In this document: piece by piece, positions 47,601 to 54,826 of the stretch
Position numbering within the stretch: position 1 is the first letter of the stretch
Layout: every line of letters starts with the position of its first letter
Assembly: GCA_963169045.1 (NCBI GenBank)
Contig: CAUJDF010000075.1
Location: 98,434-162,433, forward strand
Direction of reading: 5' to 3'
Source of the DNA: Myxococcota bacterium
Lineage (GTDB): Bacteria > Myxococcota_A > Bradymonadia > UBA7976 > UBA1532
Length of the DNA: 64,000 nt
Notes under the pieces: model-generated
Seen by the model: the letters and a program-made list of their open reading frames with translations, nothing else
What the model was told of the DNA's origin: nothing
Database searches by the model: none
Position numbers and translations under genes: made by a program

Positions 47601-47917
47601 GCCAGCGCGCGCTTGAGCCGGTTGGGCAGGTTGATCGCGCGCCGCGAGATCTCGCCCTCGAGGTCGGGCATCGTGGTGACGAGCAGGTGGTTGATCGCGT
47701 GGCTGCAGCGCGGTCCGAGGCCGGTGGAGCCGAGCGCGCGCCGGCCGGCGTCCAGCATCAGCGCCTCGAGGCGCCGCCCGTTCTCGCCGGGGGGCTCGTC
47801 GCCGCTGCGGGCCTTCTCGAATACGCGGGTCAGATCGCCTTCGGGCGCGCCGGGCCGCTGCGAATACTCGCCGGCCAGCACGTAGACGGTGCGCGTGGGG
47901 TCCAGCATGCGCGACAC
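44654..47917 (-). CDS. Large (1087 aa) protein with an N-terminal thiolase-like (condensing-enzyme fold) domain and an uncharacterised ~600-aa C-terminal region
   Basis: N-terminus reads TVYVLAGEYS.... A thiolase-type C-terminal signature NPYGGLTAFGHALAASGLVQ is present. The C-terminal half has a weak resemblance to a nucleotidyl-cyclase-like fold (…VRAAVCIGPGVPFREVHG…) that I cannot confirm. GTG start at 47917, with an alternative ATG at 47908. Confidence 0.75.
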   Translation of the reverse strand: MSRMLDPTRTVYVLAGEYSQRPGAPEGDLTRVFEKARSGDEPPGENGRRLEALMLDAGRRALGSTGLGPRCSHAINHLLVTTMPDLEGEISRRAINLPNRLKRALALSDRCQARLEIGSSDAGAALFASAVRQLRGLDAPATALVVAGQVLPGGRRAIDTVAQVLEEAERTLGLTMIGVGDMLVDLYGHWLRQEGLGQAWSEGVRVAGRARPASRAPDVEAWLREVVMYKLGLANEYRAAQRYVDPGRPESVQRQLDEYERSRPMGRWLRGWHTAQASNGACAVLLTTDEALVRDWLADRQQRRIVRVLGVGEGDADPRVTMRAEPFAYFKSVRQALVEVRRSTGTNDDFLRTSAFLVLHDAFPSIEMAFLLSLGCTPHDAWRRARSYWPNPYGGLTAFGHALAASGLVQIAKATHVLLRQTPYVRTESPSQHIDWTRVAEPVHCLTTSVGGPLSHVVATLLEACPVRPGEAPLAPPFAPPQRHRLRADAADDFEARTRWVGRQATRYRAALAEVLPGIPEAGRHAGVVEARTELDLRTMVLPLPAAYVDAWRPSASRWIEAGLPPDALATTDASLRRAIAGSSDMICRTHVLEAALDVAERLPTPARLPPDARRDLLAALRVARGRLQSPDEHGLTRAEADHDGRRALRRIDRQVERLLAAGGGPAQAVKWVETSLWSVLRPAVATVTGVLPPLWVDGAREVEPVRALCLLHPEHVESRTQLTGRIVALTGGPDEGPYPLAVAVLPEDVCPGLVPPWYRPLGEPGDLRHLREALASDAPTDGDGGASPRRFTADALGAPDELGGPMPVDVDALVAALAREGCTASAMRQVFRVATVVVEALLARPRQMPPAGAVQLLHELVLRAEPGPWRLRDALQSLFPPALPGGAETEVFGYVELNVIGALAVQGEDLGRIFGTLSAAIAAAEGWLAGASVDHGRVADSLSVVVRNDVTPVNWTNVARFARDVYRAALDAGIAVRAAVCIGPGVPFREVHGGRSLAGGVQKAAHLVLEQSEYFRRPELGDSRARRDGIATVLVGGGWQEESARQRCQAIWSDVGGEEMETAAFGRLQAPGHDPVWFHVVRALAG

Positions 47918-47971
47918 ATTAACAAACAGTCGTCCGCGGTCACGATCCCCACGGTCGACCGTCGCCGTCGA

Positions 47972-48946
47972 TCAGACGAGGCGGCCGGCGCGACAACGGT
48001 AAAGGGCCCCGCGGACGACGGCGTCGAGGACGGCGTCGACGGTCTTGAGGCCGGCGAGCGCGGCGGACCGGTAGATCGGCGCGCCCGGGTCGAGGTCGGG
48101 CGTGGTGTCCGCCTCGAGGCACCAGACGCGGCCGTCGTCGGTGACGCGGAAGTCCACGGCCCCGAAGTCGCGCAGGCCGAGCACCTCCACGGCGCGGCGC
48201 GAGAGGCGGCGCAGCGCCGTCGTCTGGTCGACGCTCAGGTCGGCGGGCGTGCGCGTCTCGAGGGCGGCGTGCCCGCGGCGGCGGCGATCCTCGTCGAGGA
48301 TCGGCCAGCGTCGCCCGGCGGCGGCGGGGTGGACGATCTCGCAAGGGGGCAGGATCCCTGCGGTTTCGGGTGAGGCGCCCCGCACGAACGGCACGACGAC
48401 GTCCCGGCCGTCGACGTACTCCTCGACGAGCACGCCCTCCCGATGCCGCGTCAACAGATCGGCGAGGCGCGCGCCCAGCTCGTCGGTCCGCTCGACGACC
48501 GACTGCTGCGTGACGCCGGCGGAGCCGTCGCCGAAGGCCGGCTTCAGGATGACCGGGAAGGCCAGGCTGAGGTGGGCGACCTCGCCCATGTCGCGCAGGA
48601 CGGCGGCCCGCGGGGTGGGCACGCCCACGGCGGCGAGCGCGTGCTTGGTGCGGCCCTTGTCGGCGGCGAGCGCGCAGACGAACGGATCGGCGCCGACATA
48701 GGGCAGGCCGAGCTCTTCGAGCAGCGACGGCAGCAGCGCGCGCCCGAAGCCGCCGCGCCGGCCGGACGCCGCCGGCAGCACGAGGTGCGGCCGCGCCGCC
48801 TCGAGCCGCGACACGTCCTCGGCGAGACGGCCCGTCCAGGGCAGCGCGATCACGTCGTGTCCCGCGCGCTGCAGGGCGGCGATCACGAGCGCCGCCGTCC
48901 CGTCGCCGTCATGGCGCGGCGCCTCGTGGACGAACGCGATCCGCAT
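47972..48946 (-). CDS. ATP-grasp ligase, D-alanine--D-alanine ligase family
   Basis: ATG at 48946. It reads MRIAFVHE...ADKGRTKHALAAVGVPTP...VILKPAFGDGSAGV...VEEYVDGRDVVVPFV, which are Ddl-like motifs. Its stop lies 55 nt upstream of the thiolase-like gene. Confidence 0.8.
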   Translation of the reverse strand: MRIAFVHEAPRHDGDGTAALVIAALQRAGHDVIALPWTGRLAEDVSRLEAARPHLVLPAASGRRGGFGRALLPSLLEELGLPYVGADPFVCALAADKGRTKHALAAVGVPTPRAAVLRDMGEVAHLSLAFPVILKPAFGDGSAGVTQQSVVERTDELGARLADLLTRHREGVLVEEYVDGRDVVVPFVRGASPETAGILPPCEIVHPAAAGRRWPILDEDRRRRGHAALETRTPADLSVDQTTALRRLSRRAVEVLGLRDFGAVDFRVTDDGRVWCLEADTTPDLDPGAPIYRSAALAGLKTVDAVLDAVVRGALYRCRAGRLV

Positions 48947-49157
48947 CGGTGTTTTTCCCCGTTCCGGCCTCGGCGTCCGCTCCTGCAAGAGACGTCGCGC
49001 CGCGCCGGCGCGGGGCGTCGCGCGGTCGGGGCGTGGCACGCTGCCCTCGCGGCCGCCCGCCCGGGGCACGATGCCCCGCCGCCACGCGAAGGCGTCCGCC
49101 TGTCTCTCCGCGGCACGTCCCTTGCTGACCTCTCGCCGAGACCAACGGGGGCGGACG

Positions 49158-49586
49158 ATGGACGCAACGCTCGGCAACTTCCTGGGGATCGCGCTCGTCG
49201 TGCTGGTCGCCATCGGCATCGGGATGCTCATGCCGGTGCTGGCCCAGGCGAAGCGCACGCTGTCCGTCGCGGAGCGACGCTTCGATCGCATCGGCGCGCA
49301 GGTCGAGGAGGTGCTCGACGACACCCGCCGCGTCGTCCGGCGCGTCGACCGCATCACCGAGGACCTCGAGGACTCGGGCGTGCCGGCGGCCCGCCTCGTC
49401 GAGTCGATGGCCGGCCTCGCGAACACGCTCGAGGCGGTGCGCGACCGGGTCGGCACCGTCGCCGCCATCGCGTCCACCGTGGGGCCGGTGGTCGTCTCGG
49501 CGTACCGCGCGTGGCGCGGCAACGGCCAAGACGAGCACGCCGACTTCGACGACCTGCCCCCGGGCGACGACGGGCCGCGCAACTGA
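49158..49586 (+). CDS. Small membrane-anchored protein (DUF948-like)
   Basis: MDATLGNFLGIALVVLVAIGIGMLMPVLA TM helix, then a helical, charged region. ATG at 49158. Confidence 0.55.
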   Translation: MDATLGNFLGIALVVLVAIGIGMLMPVLAQAKRTLSVAERRFDRIGAQVEEVLDDTRRVVRRVDRITEDLEDSGVPAARLVESMAGLANTLEAVRDRVGTVAAIASTVGPVVVSAYRAWRGNGQDEHADFDDLPPGDDGPRN

Positions 49587-49686
49587 CGCCGCTTTCTCGC
49601 AAAAGCCTCCCCACTTCGCCCCATTTCGAATGAAATGCCGGGCGTCCGCCGTCGGTCCGGCGAACGCGACAGGGGAGGTGCGGGTG

Positions 49687-51402
49687 ATGGGGAAGCGGGC
49701 CGTCTTCGTGATGGCGATGTTCTGGGGCTCGGGCTGCGTCGTCGTGAGCGACGGCGGCGGGGGCGCGCCGCCCGGCGACGCCGGCGACGACGCGTGCGCC
49801 GAGGGCTGCGAGGCGCTCGACGCCTGCGGCCTGTGCCTGCCGGACGGCGCGGGCGGCTGCCTCGACGTCTTCTCGTGCGCCGACCAGTGCCGCGCCACCG
49901 GCGAGGACGAGCTCGGCGGGTGCCTGGCCGGCGCCCGCTGTGACGACGCCGCCGTCGCCGCGTGTTACGACGCGACCGACATCGGCGACGACGCCTGCGC
50001 GCAGGGGTGCCTGGCGCTCGACGCGTGCGACCTCTGCGCCGAGGAGGGCGAGTGCCTGACGCCGCGCCAGTGCGCCGAGGTCTGCCGCGAGGCCGGCGAC
50101 GACGACGTCTACGCCTGCGTCGCCGAGGTCCGGGGCTGCGGCCAGGAGGCGATCGACGCCTGCTTCGATCGCGACGCGATCGGCGACGACGCCTGCGCGC
50201 AGGGGTGCCTGGCGCTCGACGCCTGCGACCTGTGCGAGACGGGCGACGGCGACGAGTGCCTGACCCCGGCGGCGTGCGCCGAGGCCTGCCGGGAGGCGGA
50301 ACTGGACGCGCGCTTCGGCTGCCTCGCCGAGGTCGACGCGTGCGACGCCGACGCCATCGACGCGTGCTACGACGACGCCCCGCCGGCGGACGCGTGCGCC
50401 GCGGGCTGCGCCGCGCTCGACGCGTGCGACCTGTGCCTCGAGGACGAGGAGGGCGCCTGTCTGTCGATCGACGCGTGCGCCGAGGCCTGCCGCGCCGGCG
50501 GCAGCGCCGCGAACAGCGCCTGCGTCGCCGAGGTCGAGGGCTGCGATGCGGACGCCATCGAGGCGTGCTTCGCCGAGGCGCCCGCGCCGTCGTGCGACGT
50601 CGTCTGCCAGCGCGTGGTCGAGTGCGCTCAGCCGGCGGACGCCGACGCCGCGCTCGCCGCCTGCGTGGCCGACTGCGCCGAATTCACTGACGAGACGCGC
50701 ACTTGCGTGGTCGACGCCGCCGAGTGCCCCGCGGTCGGGGCGTGCGTCGAGCGTGACTTCGCCTGCGAGGCGGTCTGCGCCGGCCTCGACGCGTGCGACC
50801 TGGGTCAACCTGGAGGCTGCACCTGCGCCGGCTTCTCGCCCGAGGCGCGCGCCTGTCTCGACGCCGCGATGGACTGCGAGGTGCGCGCCGCGTGCCTGAA
50901 CCCGGCGCCGCCGGCCCCGACCTGCGCGGACGCCTGCGCCCGGCGCGCCGACTGCGACATGGTGCCTGGCGAGGAGCGCGACGCGGCGGTCGCCGAGTGC
51001 GTGGCGAGCTGCGACGGCGAGGACGCCGCGCGCCTGCGTTGCGTCGTGGAGGCTCCGGCCTGCGGCGACGTGCCCGCGTGCGACGCGCCGGCCGAGTGCG
51101 CCGCGATCTGCGGCCGCGCCGCCGAGTGCGGCGACGCCGGCGAGGGCTGCGCGGAGGCGTGCGTCCGCGACACCGGGCCCGAGCTGCGTGCCTGCCTGCT
51201 GGCCGCCGCCGACTGCGAGGCCGCGGCGGCCTGCGAGCGCGCGGCGCGGTGCGAGCTCGTCTGCGAGCGGACGGCCGGCTGCGGCCTCGCCGTCGGCCCC
51301 GACTGCGCCGCCGAGTGCGCCGCGACCCTGACCCCCGAGCAGCTCGGCTGCGCGCTCGAGGCCGAGTGCGCCGACCTGCCCGCCTGCACCGAAGGCGCGT
51401 AG
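49687..51402 (+). CDS. Cysteine-rich tandem-repeat lipoprotein (Myxococcus-type Cys-rich repeat; about 70 Cys in 571 aa)
   Basis: ATG at 49687 with a GGGGAGGTG RBS. MGKRAVFVMAMFWGSGC lipobox. There are about 9 repeats of the form DDACAQGCLALDACDLC...ECLTP.QCAE.CREAG.D...C.AEV.GC...AIDAC. Confidence 0.85.
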   Translation: MGKRAVFVMAMFWGSGCVVVSDGGGGAPPGDAGDDACAEGCEALDACGLCLPDGAGGCLDVFSCADQCRATGEDELGGCLAGARCDDAAVAACYDATDIGDDACAQGCLALDACDLCAEEGECLTPRQCAEVCREAGDDDVYACVAEVRGCGQEAIDACFDRDAIGDDACAQGCLALDACDLCETGDGDECLTPAACAEACREAELDARFGCLAEVDACDADAIDACYDDAPPADACAAGCAALDACDLCLEDEEGACLSIDACAEACRAGGSAANSACVAEVEGCDADAIEACFAEAPAPSCDVVCQRVVECAQPADADAALAACVADCAEFTDETRTCVVDAAECPAVGACVERDFACEAVCAGLDACDLGQPGGCTCAGFSPEARACLDAAMDCEVRAACLNPAPPAPTCADACARRADCDMVPGEERDAAVAECVASCDGEDAARLRCVVEAPACGDVPACDAPAECAAICGRAAECGDAGEGCAEACVRDTGPELRACLLAAADCEAAAACERAARCELVCERTAGCGLAVGPDCAAECAATLTPEQLGCALEAECADLPACTEGA

Positions 51403-51410
51403 CCCGGCGA

Positions 51411-53480
51411 CTACCGGCAGGCGGAGACGCAGGGCCCGTCGCAGGGCGGCGCGACGACGCCGTCCGGGCGCCAGAACGCGTCGGTCTGGACCTGGATGGT
51501 GTCGAGGCGGCGCACGCCCTCGTGCACGCAGTTCTCCTCGCGCGGGATGAACGAGCGCAGCGTCGGATCGGGGTCGATGCCGAAGTCGACCTCGACGACC
51601 GCGGACACGTCGGCGCCCTCGGGCGGCAGCGCCAACGGCTCGAGGCCCGCGATGGGCCGCGGCGCCGGCTGCACGTGGCCGAGGCCGAGCGCCCGCGCGT
51701 GGAGCTGGCTGGCGAGGTTGGGCACCGACGTGTCGCCGATGCCGATGTGCATGAGAATGCGGCGGCCGTCCGGGCTGTCGGGGTACGGGTCGTCGAGCAC
51801 GTGCGGCGCGTAGGTGATCGGATCGATGCGGTCCATCACGGGCGAGACGAGCGCGATGAACTTCTGGACGTCGAGCGGATCGTTGATGCCGACGCGCACC
51901 AGGGTCAGGAACCGCGAGAACGGCACCGCCCGCGACATCATGAAGCCGAAGGACGCGCCGCCGACGCCGAGCACCGCGCGGCGCACGTGCGGCGACAACG
52001 CCATGTAGGTCCCGCCGAGGATGTGCCCCTGGCTGATGCCGTAGAAGTAGACCTCCGCCGGATCGAAGGCGGCGCGGCCCTGCACCTGCGTCGAGGCGTC
52101 CGTCGCGAGCGGCCCGCGCAGCGCGTAGGTCAGCGCGATGAAGTTCACCATCCCCTGGTGGACGCGGTCCGTGAAACGCAGCGCGTCGCTCGGCGCAATG
52201 ATCAAGGCTTCCGAGACCTTGGCGGCGTCGGGCGTCGACATGCCCCACCAGTCGACGGCGGCGACGACGAGGCCGAGCCGGTCGGACATCTCGCGCACGA
52301 AGCCACCCTCGATTTCGGCGCGCCCGCCGAAGAAGCCGTGTCCGAACTGCAGGACGCGGGCGGGCGCAGCGCCGTCGGCCACGGAGCGGGGGATGAGCAG
52401 GGTGAACTCGACGTCCGCCTCGCCGTTGGCGGCGGGGCGGCCGTCGGGGCCGCGGTGCAGGGTCGCAAAGGGCTCGGCCGACTCCATGTAGAGCGGCACG
52501 CGCAGCCGGCCGCGGACGCGGCGCGCCGTCGGCTCGTCGGGCGAGGCGGCGTCCTCGACGGCGTCGATGGTGACCGCGGGCGGCGCCGCCTCGAAGCGGC
52601 GGAGCGCGTCCTCGCGGACGGCGAGCATGTCGCCGGTGACGCTCGCCTCCGACTGGACGGTGAAGTCCCACGCGAGCAGCACGTCGCCGCGCGCCAGGCC
52701 GAACGCCTCGAGCTTCGGGAAGATCTCGCGGTCGTAGCGCTCGGCGAGCGGCGCGAGCACGGCGTCATCGCCCGCCTCGCCGTCGCGCAGGCGCCGGAAG
52801 CCCTCCGGGGCCGCGAGCGCCCCGCCGTCCGGGCCCCGCAACCCATGGAGCGCCACGATGTAGCGCGCGCCGTTCCGCAGCCGCACCATGGGGCGGATCT
52901 GGATCGCCCGCCTGCCCTCGGCCTCGTCGAGCGCGTCGAGCTCGGCGAAGTGCAACACCGGGGCGCCGGTCTCCGCGTCGAGCAGGGTCGTGGGGCTCGC
53001 GGCGGTCAGCGAGCCGGACGGGTCGGTGTGGAACACGAGGCCGGCGGGGTCGATCTCGCCGCCGAACCAGGCCAGGAGGAGCGGATGGTGCGAGAAGCCG
53101 TCGGCCGCGTGCACCCGCGTGGGATCGACCGCCTCGCCGTTCTTCGTCTTCGGCAGGGCGGCGTCGGGGATGGCCAGGCGCCGGCCCGAAGGCTGCGAGG
53201 GGTCGTCGGTCAGGAAGACGTCGCTCGGATAGGGCAGCAGGCAGTCGTGCTCGAACGCGAGCGGGTTGCAGCCCGGCGGCACGATCGTCTCGGCGGCGGG
53301 CGGCGCGGCGTCGGCCTCGGGCGGTTGCCCGCCGCATCCCCCGTCGGCGAGCGGCGCCGGGCAGGGCGGCGCCGCGTCGGGCGTCGGGCCGGCGTCGGCG
53401 AGCGTCTCGGTCGGCACGTCGACCTTCGACTCGCTGTCGCACCCCAGGACGAGCAGACAGAGCAGCCACGCGCGCCGCAT
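51411..53480 (-). CDS. Secreted lipoprotein of the alpha/beta-hydrolase (serine esterase/lipase-like) type
   Basis: ATG at 53480 with a GGGGAGG RBS. MRRAWLLCLLVLGC lipobox. Nucleophile elbow FYGISQGHILGG. 689 aa. Confidence 0.8.
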   Translation of the reverse strand: MRRAWLLCLLVLGCDSESKVDVPTETLADAGPTPDAAPPCPAPLADGGCGGQPPEADAAPPAAETIVPPGCNPLAFEHDCLLPYPSDVFLTDDPSQPSGRRLAIPDAALPKTKNGEAVDPTRVHAADGFSHHPLLLAWFGGEIDPAGLVFHTDPSGSLTAASPTTLLDAETGAPVLHFAELDALDEAEGRRAIQIRPMVRLRNGARYIVALHGLRGPDGGALAAPEGFRRLRDGEAGDDAVLAPLAERYDREIFPKLEAFGLARGDVLLAWDFTVQSEASVTGDMLAVREDALRRFEAAPPAVTIDAVEDAASPDEPTARRVRGRLRVPLYMESAEPFATLHRGPDGRPAANGEADVEFTLLIPRSVADGAAPARVLQFGHGFFGGRAEIEGGFVREMSDRLGLVVAAVDWWGMSTPDAAKVSEALIIAPSDALRFTDRVHQGMVNFIALTYALRGPLATDASTQVQGRAAFDPAEVYFYGISQGHILGGTYMALSPHVRRAVLGVGGASFGFMMSRAVPFSRFLTLVRVGINDPLDVQKFIALVSPVMDRIDPITYAPHVLDDPYPDSPDGRRILMHIGIGDTSVPNLASQLHARALGLGHVQPAPRPIAGLEPLALPPEGADVSAVVEVDFGIDPDPTLRSFIPREENCVHEGVRRLDTIQVQTDAFWRPDGVVAPPCDGPCVSACR

Positions 53481-53669
53481 GCGCTACCTCCCCACGGTTT
53501 CTCCGGAAGCGCCGAGGGTAGCCGAGCGGGCGAGGCGTGCGCCACGTGGGGCATCCTGTCCGCCCGCGAGGCGTGCCGCCCCGCACCGGCGCGACTCGGG
53601 GCCGCGCGGGCTGGAACGGGCGTTGCTGTGCATCGGGCGTCGGTGCGATCGCCCGGTGAGGGTTTGCCC

Positions 53670-54074
53670 GTGTGGTCACGCTGGATGCCGCTGGTCCTGC
53701 TGTCCGGATGCGTGCCCGACCTCGCGAGCGAGTGCGTCGGCGAGGGCGACTGTCCCGCCGAGCGACCGATCTGCCTCGCCGGCGTATGCAGCGCCGAGAC
53801 GGCCGAGACGGAGCCCGGCGCCCCCGATGCGCTCGACTTTCTGAGCCTGCGGCCGCGGGCGTCCGACGCCTCGCCGCCCGACGCCGCGCCGGCGCCCGAC
53901 GCCGCGCCGGCGCCCGACGCCGCGGACGCCGCCGGAGAGGCGTGTGCCCCCGAGCGCTGCCACGGCCGCGACGACGACTGCGACGAGCGGCGCCGCGAGT
54001 GTCGCGACGACCGCCGCGGGCGCGGCCACGGCGACCACTGCGACGAGGACTGCGACGAGGAGTCGGACGAATGA
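53670..54074 (+). CDS. Small lipoprotein with a Cys/His/Asp/Arg-rich, metal-binding-like C-terminal tail
   Basis: GTG at 53670 or ATG at 53685. (W)MPLVLLSGC lipobox. The tail reads ...ERCHGRDDDCDERRRECRDDRRGRGHGDHCDEDCDEESDE. Its TGA overlaps the ATG of the next gene (ATGA). Confidence 0.4.
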   Translation: MWSRWMPLVLLSGCVPDLASECVGEGDCPAERPICLAGVCSAETAETEPGAPDALDFLSLRPRASDASPPDAAPAPDAAPAPDAADAAGEACAPERCHGRDDDCDERRRECRDDRRGRGHGDHCDEDCDEESDE

Positions 54075-54802
54075 GCGACATCGACCGGCTCGCCCCCACG
54101 CGCCGTCCGCCCGGCTCGGCCGCCGGCACGCAGAAGTGGCGCCACCTGCTCTTCGCGCACTGGCCGGTGCCGGTAGAGGCGCTGCGGCCGCTGGTGCCGC
54201 CGCGGCTGTCGATCGACCTGCACGAGGGCGTGGCATACGTGGGCCTCGTCCCGTTCGCGATGGAGGCCGTGAGGCCGTCCTGGCTGCCCCGCCGGCTGGC
54301 GCTGGATTTCCTCGAGACGAACGTGCGCACCTACGTGCACTTCGAGGGGCGCGATCCCGGCGTGTGGTTCTTCTCGCTCGACGCCGCGTCGCGGCTGGCG
54401 GTGCGCGCGGCCCGGCTCGGCTGGCACCTGCCCTACCACTACGCGCGGATGGACCTGCGGCTCGGCGAGGATGGCATCCACTACGAGTGCGCGCGCGCGA
54501 CGCCGGCCCGGCCGCGGCTGCGGGTGCGCTACCGGCCAGGCGATCCGCTGCCGGCGAGCGAGCCGGGCAGCCTGCAGTTCTTCCTGCTCGAGCGGTACGT
54601 CCTCTACGCCGCGCGCGACGGGCGGCTGTTCACGGGGAGCGTCCACCACCGGCCGTACCCGGCCTACGCCGCCGAGGTGCACGAGATCGAGGACGGGCTC
54701 GTCGCCGCCGCCGGCGTGCCGCGTCCCGCCGGGCCGCCGCCGCTCACCCACTACTCGCCGGGCGTCGACGTGGAGGTCTTCGCGCTGCGCCGCGCCGTGT
54801 GA
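54071..54802 (+). CDS. DUF2071 (YqjF-like) family protein
   Basis: It reads MSDIDRLAPTRRPPG...WRHLLFAHWPVPVEALRPLVPP...VGLVPF, typical of DUF2071. The start overlaps the upstream stop. Confidence 0.75.
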   Translation: MSDIDRLAPTRRPPGSAAGTQKWRHLLFAHWPVPVEALRPLVPPRLSIDLHEGVAYVGLVPFAMEAVRPSWLPRRLALDFLETNVRTYVHFEGRDPGVWFFSLDAASRLAVRAARLGWHLPYHYARMDLRLGEDGIHYECARATPARPRLRVRYRPGDPLPASEPGSLQFFLLERYVLYAARDGRLFTGSVHHRPYPAYAAEVHEIEDGLVAAAGVPRPAGPPPLTHYSPGVDVEVFALRRAV

Positions 54803-54826
54803 TCCGACCGGCGCGTCGCCGACGGA

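Noticed and set aside
49962-50690. Arg-rich 242-aa + ORF inside the Cys-rich repeat gene
   Set aside because: It is an alternative frame of 49687..51402, whose frame shows a periodic Cys repeat. Called a shadow ORF.
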